A stretch of 64,000 bases of DNA from contig NC_042997.1 of assembly GCF_006345805.1 (NCBI RefSeq), positions 189,596,001-189,660,000 on the forward strand, written 5' to 3'. Positions 1-12,096 of the stretch are shown here, piece after piece. Under the pieces are notes generated by a model. It did not search any database. It was not told where the DNA came from and saw nothing but the letters and a program-made list of their open reading frames with translations. The stretch's first letter is position 1, and every line of letters starts with the position of its first letter. The translations under genes and the position numbers were made by a program. Source of the stretch: Octopus sinensis (lineage: Eukaryota).

Positions 1-87
1 AAGAAATGAAAGGTCGAAAAGTTTACAAATACTCTTACAACTTACGGAGCACCAAATTTCCGTATAGCGGCCATGATTATAATAATA

Positions 88-140
<53 letters not shown>

Positions 141-141
<1 letters not shown>

Positions 142-541
142 GTCAGAGATCATGAAGAAAAAAAATGCTTTCTAATTGATGTATCAATACCGGCAGATGA
201 CAACGTGTCTCTAAAAGAAATGGAGAAACTCTCAAAATACAAAGACCTGGAAATAGAGGTAACTAGAATGTGGAACCTGAAAACAGAAACAATTCCTATC
301 ATAGTAGGTGCATTAGGCATGATAAAAAAATATTCAGACAAATACATAACAAAAACACCAGGACTTACAAACACATATAACATACAGAAAATTGCACTAC
401 TAGGCACTGCACACATCCTACGCAGAACACTTTCCATACAATAACCATCAGAGCATCACAACAAATCACAGCACATACCCAAGGCACACAGAGCTGCGCT
501 CGGTAGTGAAGTGAAAGCACGCTATGAAAATAAAACTACTG
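141..541 (+). mobile_element. 5'-truncated R4/Dong-clade non-LTR retrotransposon (restriction-like endonuclease C-terminus plus 3' UTR) in a (TAA)n array
   Basis: ORF to stop 444 reads KKCFLIDVSIPADDNVSLKEMEKLSKYKDLEIEVTRMWNLKTETIPIIVGALG, the REL endonuclease pattern of R2/R4/Dong elements. Flanked by (ATA)n on both sides, the known Dong-type target. Confidence 0.85.
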
Positions 542-577
542 AATAATAATAATAATGATAATAATAATAATAATAAT

Positions 578-1260
578 GCCCTGATGCAGTACCATACAGT
601 ATGCCCTGATGCCGTACTAGACAGTGGCTCTCATGGCTTCTGATCTTATCTGACTGGAAGTGTTATCATGTATATTGTTTTGTCTTGGTATAAAAGATGG
701 GCTACAGCAAATATTCTGTTCAACATGCCCTGATGCAGTACGAGACAGTGGCTCTCATGACTTCTGATCTTAACTGAAATATGATGTGCATTGTTTTGTC
801 TTAGTGTAAACGATGGGTTAAAGTAAATATTCTGCTCAATGCCACAGATTTGCTTATCAGTTGTTTGACCTTAACTAGTTGAGCATGTCCCTTAGTGGCT
901 GATGATATGTGCATCTTTGATCACGAGTAGAAGTAGTTGGGGAGCATTGTAGTCATGTGTTGAGAGGAATTCTTAGAAGTTTGGATAATTCGCCTCTGGA
1001 AACATGGGGCTTTTATTCAACATCCTTAAACAACCCTTATACCTTTTGAGGGGGATGGGCTACTCAACCAGAAGAAAATTCTAACTGGGCCCCACCTGCA
1101 AGGTCATGCGCTTTTTATCTTGATATGAGATCACCATGTCGTGCATATATGGTTATGATGCATGTGCCTGTTGTACCCTTACCAGACGGGTAGTCATGAT
1201 GGGTATACTAGGCTTCGTATATTCTACCCCAGTGTCACTTTAATGACATGCACTGCTCAA
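578..1260. mobile_element. Non-coding ~560 bp interspersed repeat inserted in (ATA/ATC)n; one end reiterated three times
   Basis: Homologous to 36110-36567 and 36620-37155 in the opposite orientation. The terminus gccctgatgcagtac recurs at about 578, 603 and 726. Confidence 0.75.
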
Positions 1261-2125
1261 TAATCGGTTCGGTTCGTTCGACTATAATTCTTTAAGGCAG
1301 TGCCCCAGCATGGCCGCAGTGCACTGGCTGAAACAAGCAAAAGATAAAAGAAAGATAACATTTTAATAATAGAATAATAATTCTTTCTTTTATAGGCACA
1401 AGGCCTGCAATTTGGAGGGAGGGGAATACATAGTAATAAATACGTATGCGTCACTTCTTTCCATTTTCCCTTCCATAAATATCTGAGACTTCATGCATAT
1501 ATTATAGAGATCATTAAATTCATTATTTTTGTAGTATTTACCTCCCACCCTCTTTCTCCCTCTTTTCCTCCATACAATGTTTATTTAAAATTTCTTTATA
1601 GATCATCATCATCATCCATTTTTCAATTCTATAATGATAACATTTTCCCAATTATATTGGGTGTGAGTTCAGATGTTTATTGCTTTGGTGGTCTCTGTGT
1701 TTGTTTGTGAGCAGAACAGGGGTTGAATAAATTAACTTATTGGTTCTGGTAACGCTTGAAAAAAATGACCTTGATGACCCAATAGCAGTTTAATAGTATT
1801 AATGTTATTATTTTGTCATCTGATTCTTTTAATGTTATCTTTGACAGAGAGCCTTCCGTTGTTGTTCCATAGCAAGATATATCAATTACATTTTATTTCA
1901 TTACTCCTTCTCTATGTTGTCTTTTATGTTCCGTTCTAATTCTGTTTTATTGATCAGGCCTAAGTGATTTCGTACTCTAAAAGAGTACATCCAGTCCACT
2001 GGCTTTCAACATTCCACTTCATTCGTACATAATTTCCGCACACCTCTTAACACTGGAGTGTGTGATCTTCCATACATTATTAATATCATCATCATCATCA
2101 TCATCATTGCCATCATCGTCATCAA

Positions 2126-2176
<51 letters not shown>

Positions 2177-2265
2177 CATAAATCTATATGGGTGGGTATT
2201 GTTGTTGTTGTTGTTGTTATTATTGTTATTATTATTATCATTATTATTACTATTATTATTATTAC

Positions 2266-2298
<33 letters not shown>

Positions 2299-2300
<2 letters not shown>

Positions 2301-2876
2301 GCTGGCAGAATCGTTAGCACGCCGGGCGAAATGCGTAGCCGTATTTCGTCTGCCGTTACGCTCTGAGTTCAAATTCCGCCGAGGTCGACTTTGCCTTTCA
2401 TACTTTCGGGGTCGATAAATTAAGTACCAGTTACGCACTAGGGTCGATATCATTGACTTAATCCGTCTGTCTGTCTTTATTTGTCCCCTCTGTGTTTAGC
2501 CCCCTGTGGGTAGTAAAGAAATAGGTATTTCGTCTGCCGTTAGGTTCTGAGTTCAAATTCCGCCGAGGTCGACTTTGCCTTTCATCTTTTCGGAGTCGAT
2601 TAAATAAATACCAGTTACGCACTGGGGTCGATGTAATCGACTTAATCCGTTTGTCTGTCTTTGTTTGTCCTCTCTGTGTTTATCTCCTTGTGGGTAGTAA
2701 AGAAATAGGTATTTCGCCCGGCGCTCCGTTCTGGGCTCAAATTTCGCTTAGGTCGACTTTGCCTTTCATCCCTTCGGTGTCGGTAAAATAGGTACCAGTG
2801 GAACACTGGGGTCGATGTGATCGACTCATCCCCTCCCTAAAACTGCTGCCCTTGTGGCAAAATTTGAAACAATCAT
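2299..2876 (+). mobile_element. SINE family A trimer (tRNA-derived)
   Basis: A-box-like tggcagaatcg and B-box gagttcaaattcc; body gcctttcatcctttcggggtcgataaattaagtaccag; three head-to-tail units of about 190 bp. Confidence 0.9.
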
Positions 2877-3294
2877 TATTATTATTATTATTATTATTGT
2901 TATTAAATAGAAATCATCATCAACGTTATTTTTAGTATTATTAAAATAAATATCAACTACCGCCACCAACGCCACTATCGCTACCATCACCACCACCATC
3001 AACTTCAACAAACGTAACAGTAACGACCAGCGAACAGCGGAGATTCTAAATCTCGTCTTAAATTCCTTAAAAAGACGTGTTGATCATAGAATACCTCAGA
3101 TTACAGGTGCCCACGTACCAGGATGACTTGGTTATGCGGTGACTACAGCAATAACTACAAAAATGCTAGAAGATACAGGATTTTATCAAAAAGAGCGGGT
3201 AACATATTATACGACCAAGATCACGTAGCCCTTCACGAAGTTAAAATATACTGTACCGTGAGAAGGAATATTATATAGATATGCATTGAAAGAG

Positions 3295-3690
3295 TGGAGG
3301 CGCGTGGCTTAGTGGTTAGGGTGTCAGCACCATGATCATAAGATTGTGGTTTCGATTCCTGGACCGGGTTACCGGCCGCCATATCTACGGTGTTCGCCGC
3401 TGGAATAAGGAGTGGTTGGAGATCACCCGTTTGTTAGCCTCAAATCGCCAGCCCTGGTGGTGCTTGTGAGAGATGCAGCATTGAGAATGAATAAATCAGC
3501 TCAACCCATCCCGGGTGAATGTTGTCTCAAGTCAAGTCAAGACCGGGTGACGCGTTGTGGTCTTGAGCAAAACACTTCATTTCACGTTGCTCCAGTTCAC
3601 TCAGCTGGCAAAAATGAGTAGCGCTGGGATGGGGAATACATACGCCATAGAAACCGGGCCCATGAACCTGGCTAAGCTTTAAAAGGGCGC
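3295..3690 (+). mobile_element. SINE family D (tRNA-derived), interrupted by a retroposed insert
   Basis: A box tggcttagtggtt, B box ggtttcgattcc; body resumes at 3541 after duplicated gaccgggt. Older relatives near 17850, 27345 and 56540. Confidence 0.75.
3370..3540 (+). mobile_element. LINE 3' fragment with (tcaag)n tail and 8-bp TSD, probably RTE-like
   Basis: TSD gaccgggt at 3362-3369 and 3541-3548; ends ctcaagtcaagtcaa. Confidence 0.6.
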
Positions 3691-4168
3691 ATTTATTTTA
3701 TTTATGCATTGAAAGGAAGGCTAAGAGGAACGAAAATGCATTCCTTGTATAGGCAACTGAGTGCCATATGATACATAAGAAGATAAAGAAGGAATGAGAC
3801 AAAAGGTGGCTTAGCGTAACAATGAGGTAGAAGCAAAGAAAATATGCATCCACGACGTTTTGTATCCTCTTCCCGCACACATCGCAGGACACATTCCTGA
3901 AGTGACTCTAGGTGAAGTTTCGCCAGATATAGATACAACCATTTTCGTGACATTCATAAAAATAAAGATATGCGCTGATCACAGACCACGGGTTGGTATC
4001 CAATCGAAAATAGTCGGAGATAAATATAGAACTTCAGAGATTGAGGAGTCCTCAAAAGTTGGAAAAAGATTCAGGGATTGAGGATTCCTCAAATGTTGGA
4101 TTCAGAGATTTAGGATTCCTTAAAAGTTGGAAAAATCCTCGATTCAAACCCTCTTGAAAAGTATTATC

Positions 4169-4400
4169 TGTTTCTTTATTACCCACAAGGGGCTAAGCAC
4201 AGAGAGGGGACAAACAAAGACAGACAAACGAATTAAGTCGATTACATCGACCTCAGTGCGTAACTGGTACTTAATTTATCGACCCTGAAAGGATGAAAGG
4301 CAAAGTCGACCTCGGCGGAATCAGAACTCAGAACGTAACGGGAGACGAAATACGGCTACGCATTTCGCCCGGCGTGCTAACGTTTCTGCCAGCTCGCCGC
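4169..4400 (-). mobile_element. SINE family A monomer with 16-bp TSD
   Basis: cttgaaaagtattatc at 4153-4168 and 4401-4416. Confidence 0.92.
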
Positions 4401-4664
4401 CTTGAAAAGTATTATCGCCTGATGTTCGAGACTACATTTAACCACATGAGTATAACAGTACTTTCGCTACTCGTAGAAGGGCATGTTGCGCCGTGAAGAA
4501 TGTCTACCAGCTGCCAACACTCAGTGTGCTGAGAGCTGGAGATGAAATATTTAATAATGTTACGCAGACACTAATTTTGTAGCGTTACAAATTTCTGGAT
4601 TATGAAGCATGTATGATTGTCGTTTTTTAAACAAATCTTTCTTCTCTGTTTTTTTTCTTTTTTT

Positions 4665-5275
4665 TCTTGTTTCAGTCATGTGACTGTGGCCATGCTTGAG
4701 CACTGCATTTAGTCGAGCAAATCGACCCCAGGACTTATTCTTTGTAAGCCTAGTACTTATTCTATCGGTCCCTTTTGTGCCGAACCGCTAGGTTACGGGG
4801 ACATAAACACACCATCATCGATTGTCAAGCGATGTTGGGGGGAACAAACACAGACACACAAACATATACACATAGATACATACATATATATATATACATA
4901 TATATACATACACACATATATATATATATACACACATACATATCTTCGACGGGAATCTTTCAGTTTCCGTCGACCATATCCAATCACAGGGCTTTGGTCG
5001 GCCCGAGGCTAGAGTAGAAGACACTTGCCCAAGGTACCACGCAGTGGGAATGAACCCGGAACCATGTGGTTGGTAAGCAAGTTTCTTACCACACAGCCAC
5101 TCCTGTGCCTATATATATACATGCATATATACGACGGGCTTCTTTCAGTTTCCGTCTACCAAATCCACTCACAAGGCTTTGGTCGGTTCGAGGCTATAGT
5201 AGTAGACACTCGCCCAAGGAACCACGCAGCGGGACTGAACCCGGAACCATGTGGTTGGTAAGCAAGCTGCTTATA
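4665..5275 (-). mobile_element. SINE family B (tRNA-derived, internal TA/CA microsatellite), full copy plus partial tandem copy
   Basis: Minus strand reads ggagtggctgtgtggtaag...ccgggttcagtcccactgcgtggcaccttgggcaagtg; tail ggcggtgctccagcatggccgcagtc...gaaacaag(taaaagag)n. Confidence 0.9.
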
Positions 5276-5631
5276 TTATATCATTTCAATTGCTTTAGTG
5301 TTGTGAACTCAGATGCGACGCATTCATTAAATGATAACGCTTCTACATGCATATCCTAATTTTTTTCTTGTGTATATATAAGAAAAGTATGATTATTCCT
5401 CATATTCTACAATTAGTACTGTAGACGACAATCAGTAGAGAGCTGGGAGGAAATACTGGGTAGTATTTAGTTACCTTCTTATTTGAAACCCTACTAAGCT
5501 TAATTTTATCTTTCTTCCGTTTGTATTTGATGAATAGCACAGCTCACTCGAAATTTTGATGGAAGAAACAAATTACGTGTGGTCAATTTTGAATTTCCTA
5601 TTTCAGAGGATTGTAAAGTTACTAGACAAGT

Positions 5632-5665
<34 letters not shown>

Positions 5666-5666
<1 letters not shown>

Positions 5667-5945
5667 TGTGTATAGTGCTCAGGTGCACTACAACTCATCT
5701 AAAGTGTATATATAATCAGGTGTAGTTTCGGCGAATTTCGGAAAGCATGAGGGCCTTAAAGGATGCAGTGTCATGGCAGTCAACAACTGACGCAGGCAGT
5801 TTATTCCATGCTTCAGCAACTCTGAGCGTGAAAAAATGTTTCCGAAAGTCATGGGAGCTGTGTTGTTTTCTGACTTTGTAGGCATGTCCACGTGTGTTAG
5901 ACACATGGAGATCAAAAAGGTGTTCAGTGTTGTTGTTGGTGAGGT
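5666..5945 (-). mobile_element. CR1-type LINE 3' end with (TAA/ATT)n tail
   Basis: TRGHAYKVRKQHSSHDFRKHFFTLRVAEAWNKLPASVV matches the CR1 ORF2 C-terminal pattern; simple-repeat tail at 5636-5665. Confidence 0.85.
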
Positions 5946-6097
5946 GGTTGAATTAGGATGAATTAACTTGACTATATGTTTCCTCCAAAATATCTGCAGA
6001 AGGTGTGTGGTCTTGTGGAATCGTGCTGAAATTAGAAGTCTTTACTGTTATTTGTTATCGGTATAAGGGTAAAACTGTCATTATTATCATTGTAACA

Positions 6098-6680
6098 GGG
6101 CGAAATGCTTAGCGGTATTTCGTCTGTCGCTACGTTCTGAGTTCAAATTCCGCTGGGGTCGACTTTGCCTTTCATCCTTTTGGAGTCGATAGATTAAGTA
6201 CCAGTTACGCACTGGGATCGATGTAATCGACTTAATCCATTTGTCTATCCTTGTTTGTCTCCTCTGTGTTTAGCCCCCTGTAGGTAGTAAATAAATAGGC
6301 ATTTCGTCTGTCTTTATGTTCTGAGTTAAAATTCCGACGAGGTCGACTTTGCTTTCATACTTTCGGGGTCGATAAATTAAATACCAGTTACGCACTGGGG
6401 TCGATGTAATCGACTAAATCCCTTTGTCTGTCCTTGTTTGTCCCCTCTATGTTTAGCCCCTTGTGGGCAATAAAGAAATAAGAATCGTTAGCACGCCGGG
6501 CAAAATGGTTAGCGGCATTTCGTCCGTCTTTACGTTGTAAGTTCAAATTCCACTGACGTCGACTTTGCCTTTCATCCTTCCGGAGTCGGTAAAATAAGTA
6601 CCAGTGAAACACTGGGGAGAGTTGATGTAATCTATTAGTCCCCTTCCCCATAATTTCAGGCCTTGTGCCTTCATTAGATT
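6098..6680 (+). mobile_element. SINE family A trimer
   Basis: Three tandem units homologous to 2299-2876. Confidence 0.88.
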
Positions 6681-6732
6681 ATTAGTATTTTAGTAGCTCA
6701 GACCCCATCATCTTTCCTGAGATGATAAAATA

Positions 6733-6961
6733 TATTTCTTTACTACCCACAAGGGGCTAAACACAGACGGGACAAATAAGGACAGACAAACGGGTTAAGT
6801 CGATTACATCGACCCCAGTGCGTAACTGGTACTTAATTTATCGACCCCGAAAGGATGAAAGGCAAAGTCGACCTCGGCGGAATTTGAACTCAGAACGCAG
6901 CGGCGGACGAAATACTGTAATGCATTTCGCCTGGTGTGCTAACGTTTCTGCCAGCTCGCCA
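6733..6961 (-). mobile_element. SINE family A monomer with 17-bp TSD
   Basis: cctgagatgataaaata at 6716-6732 and 6962-6978. Confidence 0.92.
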
Positions 6962-7639
6962 CCTGAGATGATAAAATAGAATACCAGTCACGTACCGTGG
7001 ATCAATATATTCAACTATACCCTCTAAATGTGGCCGTGTGCCAGTATTGAAGACTATGATATTATTATTGTTGTTGAATTAGTCATGCTACTGTTCTGAA
7101 TTAAAACTGCGGTTCAAAGGAATTCAGTTGTCTGTGAGTTCATTTCATCACTTTGGTTTCCCTTCACTGATCTTCTTTAATATTAAGGTGCATTTTACTA
7201 AAACCATTTACCAACATTAATAACATAAGGTTCAAAGAAAGATTTTTATGCGTGTCTTTACTTGTGTGTCGGTCATGTCAGTTTCGCATCACTGATGTTT
7301 TAACATTAACCCGGGGGTCTACAAAGATGAACTACAACAAAATCGAAGTTCAAAGACACGAAATAAGAATGTATGTACGCAGATGTGTTTGTGAGTGTAC
7401 AAATATTAGTTGCAAATATTTATTTATTGCTTTTTAATGCATATAACGGTTACTAGGAAGAGTGTGATGAAGCAAGGCGAGAGTTATCCGCCGAATGTAT
7501 TTCGATTTCCAGTCGAAGCTAATTCACTCAATTTAAGCAAATGATGTTTTTGAGAAAAGTATGAATACCGCACAATCTTATTGGGGTTTTTTTACCCTTT
7601 TTTGTGGATAAGCTGTACTTGTACACTCTTTCTCTCTTC

Positions 7640-8003
7640 TTACTCTTTTACTTGTTTCAGTCATTTGACTGTGGCTATGCTGGAGCACCGCCTTTAGTCG
7701 AGCAAATCGACGCTCGGACTTATTCTTTGTAAGCCTAGTACTTATTCTATCGGTCTGTTTTGAAGAACAGCAAAGTTACGGGAAACAAACACACCAGCAC
7801 CGGTTGTCAGGCGATGTTGGGGGGACAAACACAGACACAAACAAATACATACACATTTATATATGAGGGGCTTCTTTCAATTTCCGTCTACCAAATCCAC
7901 TCACAAGGCTTTTGTCGGCCCGAGGCTATAGTAGAAGACACTTGCCCAAGGTGCCACGCAGTGGGACTGAACCCGGAACCATGTGGTTGGTAAGCAAGCT
8001 GCT
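7640..8003 (-). mobile_element. SINE family B
   Basis: Homology to 4665-5105. Further copies or fragments near 9845-10062, 25335-25730, 25800-26222, 30360-30995, 33420-33818, 35218-35680, 38770-39210, 40325-40745, 42385-42800, 43343-43700, 46890-47390, 47510-47660 and 62919-63065. Confidence 0.9.
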
Positions 8004-9049
8004 TATATCATATCATTTCAATTGCTTTAGTGTTGTGAACTCAGATGCGACGCATTCATTAAATGATAACGCTTCTTCATTTAAGTTATTGAATGTTTCA
8101 TGGCTAATAAGGAATTGTTTATTTGAAATTGAAGTAAGTTCTCTAGTGAAATAGTTAAGTAGTTAACTGTTAAAAACAATAATCTGCTTTAGTATACAGC
8201 AGTACGAAAGAAAATGCATTACTCAATTAGCTGAAAATTATTTTCTAGGCTGAAGAGTCTTGTTTTCCTTGTGTTGATTCTTAGTTATTTTTCCGTTTAG
8301 ACACGGTATGATCGATTTATGAAGCTAATTCTGAAACTACTTCATTTTTATATGGTGTTTCTCCAATATCTAAGTTGTTGTTTAGCTACACTTTAAACAT
8401 GAGCAAGGAAATCTCTGAGTAAAGGCGTTCAAGCTATGACCATTCGGTCTTTTATTCAGATATAGTAAAATATAGTCCAGGATACGCTGTCTTTTTCAGG
8501 AGGGTTTGAGTTTACTTCAGTGAATTGGTTCAGCCTCGTTAGCATGAAAAATCGAAATAAGATGTAGAAAGCTACAGTGAGGACGAGAAGAAAATATAAT
8601 AAAATAGAGATTGATATGAAATAAGATTGGAATAATTTCAAGTTTGTTCAGTGTAAAGGGAATGAGAAATACATAATAATAAACATAACCTACCTGATTG
8701 AGAATGCGCCATCATTGAGAGAACACGCCTTCATTGAATCTAGACTAAACTTTTTCACAATGTTTTTCTCTACTCATGTCTCTATGAGACATTTAGAAAT
8801 TCGATATTTCTAATTACGGTGACCAGTGAATAGATTTCACTGTAAATATATATATTTGCGGAGGCTTGGCAAGTATCACCGCTAGCGGGGACTCGCTACC
8901 CTGGACTGGTGACGGGCAAGACCCAGAAACATGCATGTCTTCAGGTTGCTAGTCCTAGCTGGTGGGGGTGCTTGCCTCCCCTTTGCAAATATAGGGACAC
9001 AGGAAATGTGTCAAAGTCGACAGGAAGCGTCGATGCTTCCTAGGGCTAT

Positions 9050-9248
9050 CATCATCATCATCATTGTTCGACCGTGGTCGAGACAATGGAATTTACCATG
9101 CTACGCCAGACTTCACGGTCCTGATGAGGTGTTTGTTTGGTGTTGTTTGGTTGGGAGCTGACTCTTCTCCATCAGGTGATACCCGTCTGTTAAGATTGAG
9201 GGCATCACCGTCAATGGATGCCCTTGGAGGTGCAACGTGATCAGAGAC
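9050..9248 (-). mobile_element. RTE-type LINE 3' end with (TGA)n tail and 8-bp TSD
   Basis: Minus frame ends DREVWRSMVNSIVSTTVEQ* then tgatgatga; TSD agggctat at 9042-9049 and 9249-9256. Confidence 0.75.
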
Positions 9249-9583
9249 AGGGCTATATAGCGGTGGTGTAATTCCCTTTACTGGACCGTCACGTTACGTT
9301 GACATTATACAACCACTCTTTTTCTCTACTATTAAGGTTTTGAAAAAAACATGTTTAGTATCTTATTTCTGCTTCGTCTCAAGTCACCTCAGACCGAAAA
9401 GGTGTATGATAAAAAACATTCTAATAGTACCATGTCGTCTTTTGTATACCAGGGCTACATTTTTCAATGTGTCATTCCTTCCCTGAAGACGGTGTGGCGT
9501 GATGTGAGTACACTTGGCTACTATCTCGAGCTGATTGAACGACTCTGTAAAAGCTCTCTCTCTCTCTCTCTTTGTCACTTCAG

Positions 9584-9647
9584 TATCTTGATAATCGAAG
9601 CAGAAGAGATGATTAGCTTTTATCATTCTCAAGAAAAAATGTTACAG
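9584..9647 (+). other. Possible isolated 64-nt exon
   Basis: (TC)n tract then tttgtcacttcag acceptor; donor CAG|GTAAGT; one open frame (ILIIEAEEMISFYHSQEKMLQ). No partner exon or homology recognised. Confidence 0.2.
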
Positions 9648-11285
9648 GTAAGTTATGAAGATGTATGCGCGCATTTATACATAAATGTACTAGCACGAAA
9701 ATCCAGTCACCAGCACGTCGTCCTGACTACGTATGTCCAAGGGTCATCAGATACATCGTAGAAAAATCGTTTTAGTTTAATCCAAATCAGCTCTGATTGA
9801 ACAAACCTTATGATTAAAGGCACCACGATTGCAACCATACTCATGGGACAACCACAGACACACAAACACACACGCATACATATATATATACATATATACG
9901 ACAGGCTTCTTTCAGTTTCCGTCTACCAAATCCACTCACAAGGCATTGGTCGGCCCGGGGCTATAGCAGAAGACACTTGCCCAAGATGCCACGCAGTGGG
10001 ACTGAACCTGAACCATGTGGTTGGTTAGCAAGCTACTTACCACACAGCCACTCCCGCGCCTAGTAATGTTTTACTAGTAATGTTTTATTTGTATTTTGAG
10101 TTAATCACTATCGGGTAGTTTTCGTGTTTGTTGTAATTGGTACATGTTTTCTGTGGTGCCTGTTTTAAATAATATGGCGCCCCCTTGACATTTGCTTCCC
10201 CTTTGTAAATTCGCAACATCCTGAAGAGGGCGCCATCTTCCAGGTTAAGAACCACTGATAAAATCAAAGAGCACTGTTTAAAACAAGGAATGGAAAAGAG
10301 CATGCAGCCTCAGCTCACGTGATCTATTTTTTTCTCATAGTTCTGATGTTGAAAATCGGTTCCTGTGAGTCTGGCTCGATGAAGTACAGTAAAAGAGCTC
10401 AAAATTTACTTACAAATGAAAATAGAATAGACAGGTTTTTAATGAAGACCAAGACCAACTTTTCAACCGCACAAAATAAACAGTAATACAATCTGAAATG
10501 TGTACAATCACAGATTAAAAAAAAAAAACGATCTAACTGGAGGGGAACAAGAGCAATGCATGTATTTATCTATATAAGTAGATAAATAAATGAATAATGT
10601 TAGAGTTCTGAACACGAAAGAGAATTCTTCAGCTATGGCAGGTATCATCATCTTGATTTAGATTCTCTGTAACTAATTTTTGTTGGCACAGACCAACACA
10701 AGTTTCCTCAAATTCTTGAATTTGCCTTTGATTAGGTAGATGTTTTTCAGTAAGTACTTAGATTGTTTACAAGTGTATCGTCTGTTGTTTTTAGAAATAA
10801 GCATGAATTGCTGATAAGAGCTGTACAACGCAAAATGTTTCTGGATTACGTTTAAAACATATTCATTGCATACGTAATCTTTTACTCACTCGTCCACATA
10901 CCTACACACACATACACGCGCGTACACTCTATTTTTCACTCATGCATATGTAATTGATACATATATCTATTAATTAAACTGTAGATAAAATTATGTTCAT
11001 GTATGTATGTATGTAATTATTCAGTTTTATTTCAGGAATTCTTGCCAAGAGAGAAAGAGCCGGTTTCTAACCCAGATCCCTCGATCCCTCACGAGTGAGG
11101 GGTATCCCTCAGTGCAGAGTATCTCGTCAGGTGATTTTTCTAAGGGCAGCTCGTTAAATAAACCCTGTTTCGCTCGGTTCTAATATATGTTGTTAGTAAC
11201 TGTAGGTTTTAGAATGGTGAGGGACAGATTCCGTTGCAATGTTATATACAGTTACTAGATCTACATGTATTTAATAGTACACACG

Positions 11286-11373
<88 letters not shown>

Positions 11374-11589
11374 TATACAATTACTCTCATGTATGTATAT
11401 ATATATATATATATTAGAAGAAATGAGGTACTCAGAAGATCGGATGGTTTATATTTACAGATATTTATTTGTATATTACATTTTTTATATATATATCATA
11501 TCACTTAGTAGATCATTAGCGCTTTCTCCCATTCTAGTGGGGTTTTCAAATCAAACTTAGTTTGATTATATATATATATATATATATAT

Positions 11590-11639
<50 letters not shown>

Positions 11640-11735
11640 CGCAGTAAGCACTTAAATGCGAAACAAGGTGGAAAAATAATACTCGAATACCAGGGAAAGA
11701 GTAATATGCTTTATGAAAAGCAACCAAAATATAAA

Positions 11736-11778
11736 AACAGTCCGATGAACGGGAACGTGAAACTCTGAGTAAGAGTTT
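11736..11778 (+). ncRNA. Minimal type I hammerhead-like motif (CCGAUGA variant)
   Basis: CCGATGA 11742-48, stem II ACG-GGAA-CGT, GAAA 11759-62, near-palindromic stem III ACTCTGAGT, A17; stem I partly decayed. Confidence 0.6.
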
Positions 11779-11989
11779 TTGTGATTTTTTGGTGCTTTTC
11801 AATAAATTATATATATATATGTATATATATGTGTGTGTGTGTAGGTCTACAAATACATGCATATGTATGTATGTATATATTTATCTCTAATTTAATATAA
11901 TATATTTATACTATAAAATTGGATTTAATCCTAAATCTAATTTTTCCCTGTAAGTTTGGATTTATTCTCTAATATTATTATTACTAATT

Positions 11990-12022
<33 letters not shown>

Positions 12023-12062
12023 TATATATATATAATATATATATATTATATATATATATAAG

Positions 12063-12096
<34 letters not shown>

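Noticed and set aside
1440-1960. Possible PLE ORF N-terminal relic on minus strand (VNL..K..LTP-like)
   Set aside because: Similarity is too weak to call by eye.
10175-10240. ggcgccc/gggcgcc inverted repeat with an adjacent CTGAAGA
   Set aside because: No GAAA or stem III in either canonical or permuted positions.
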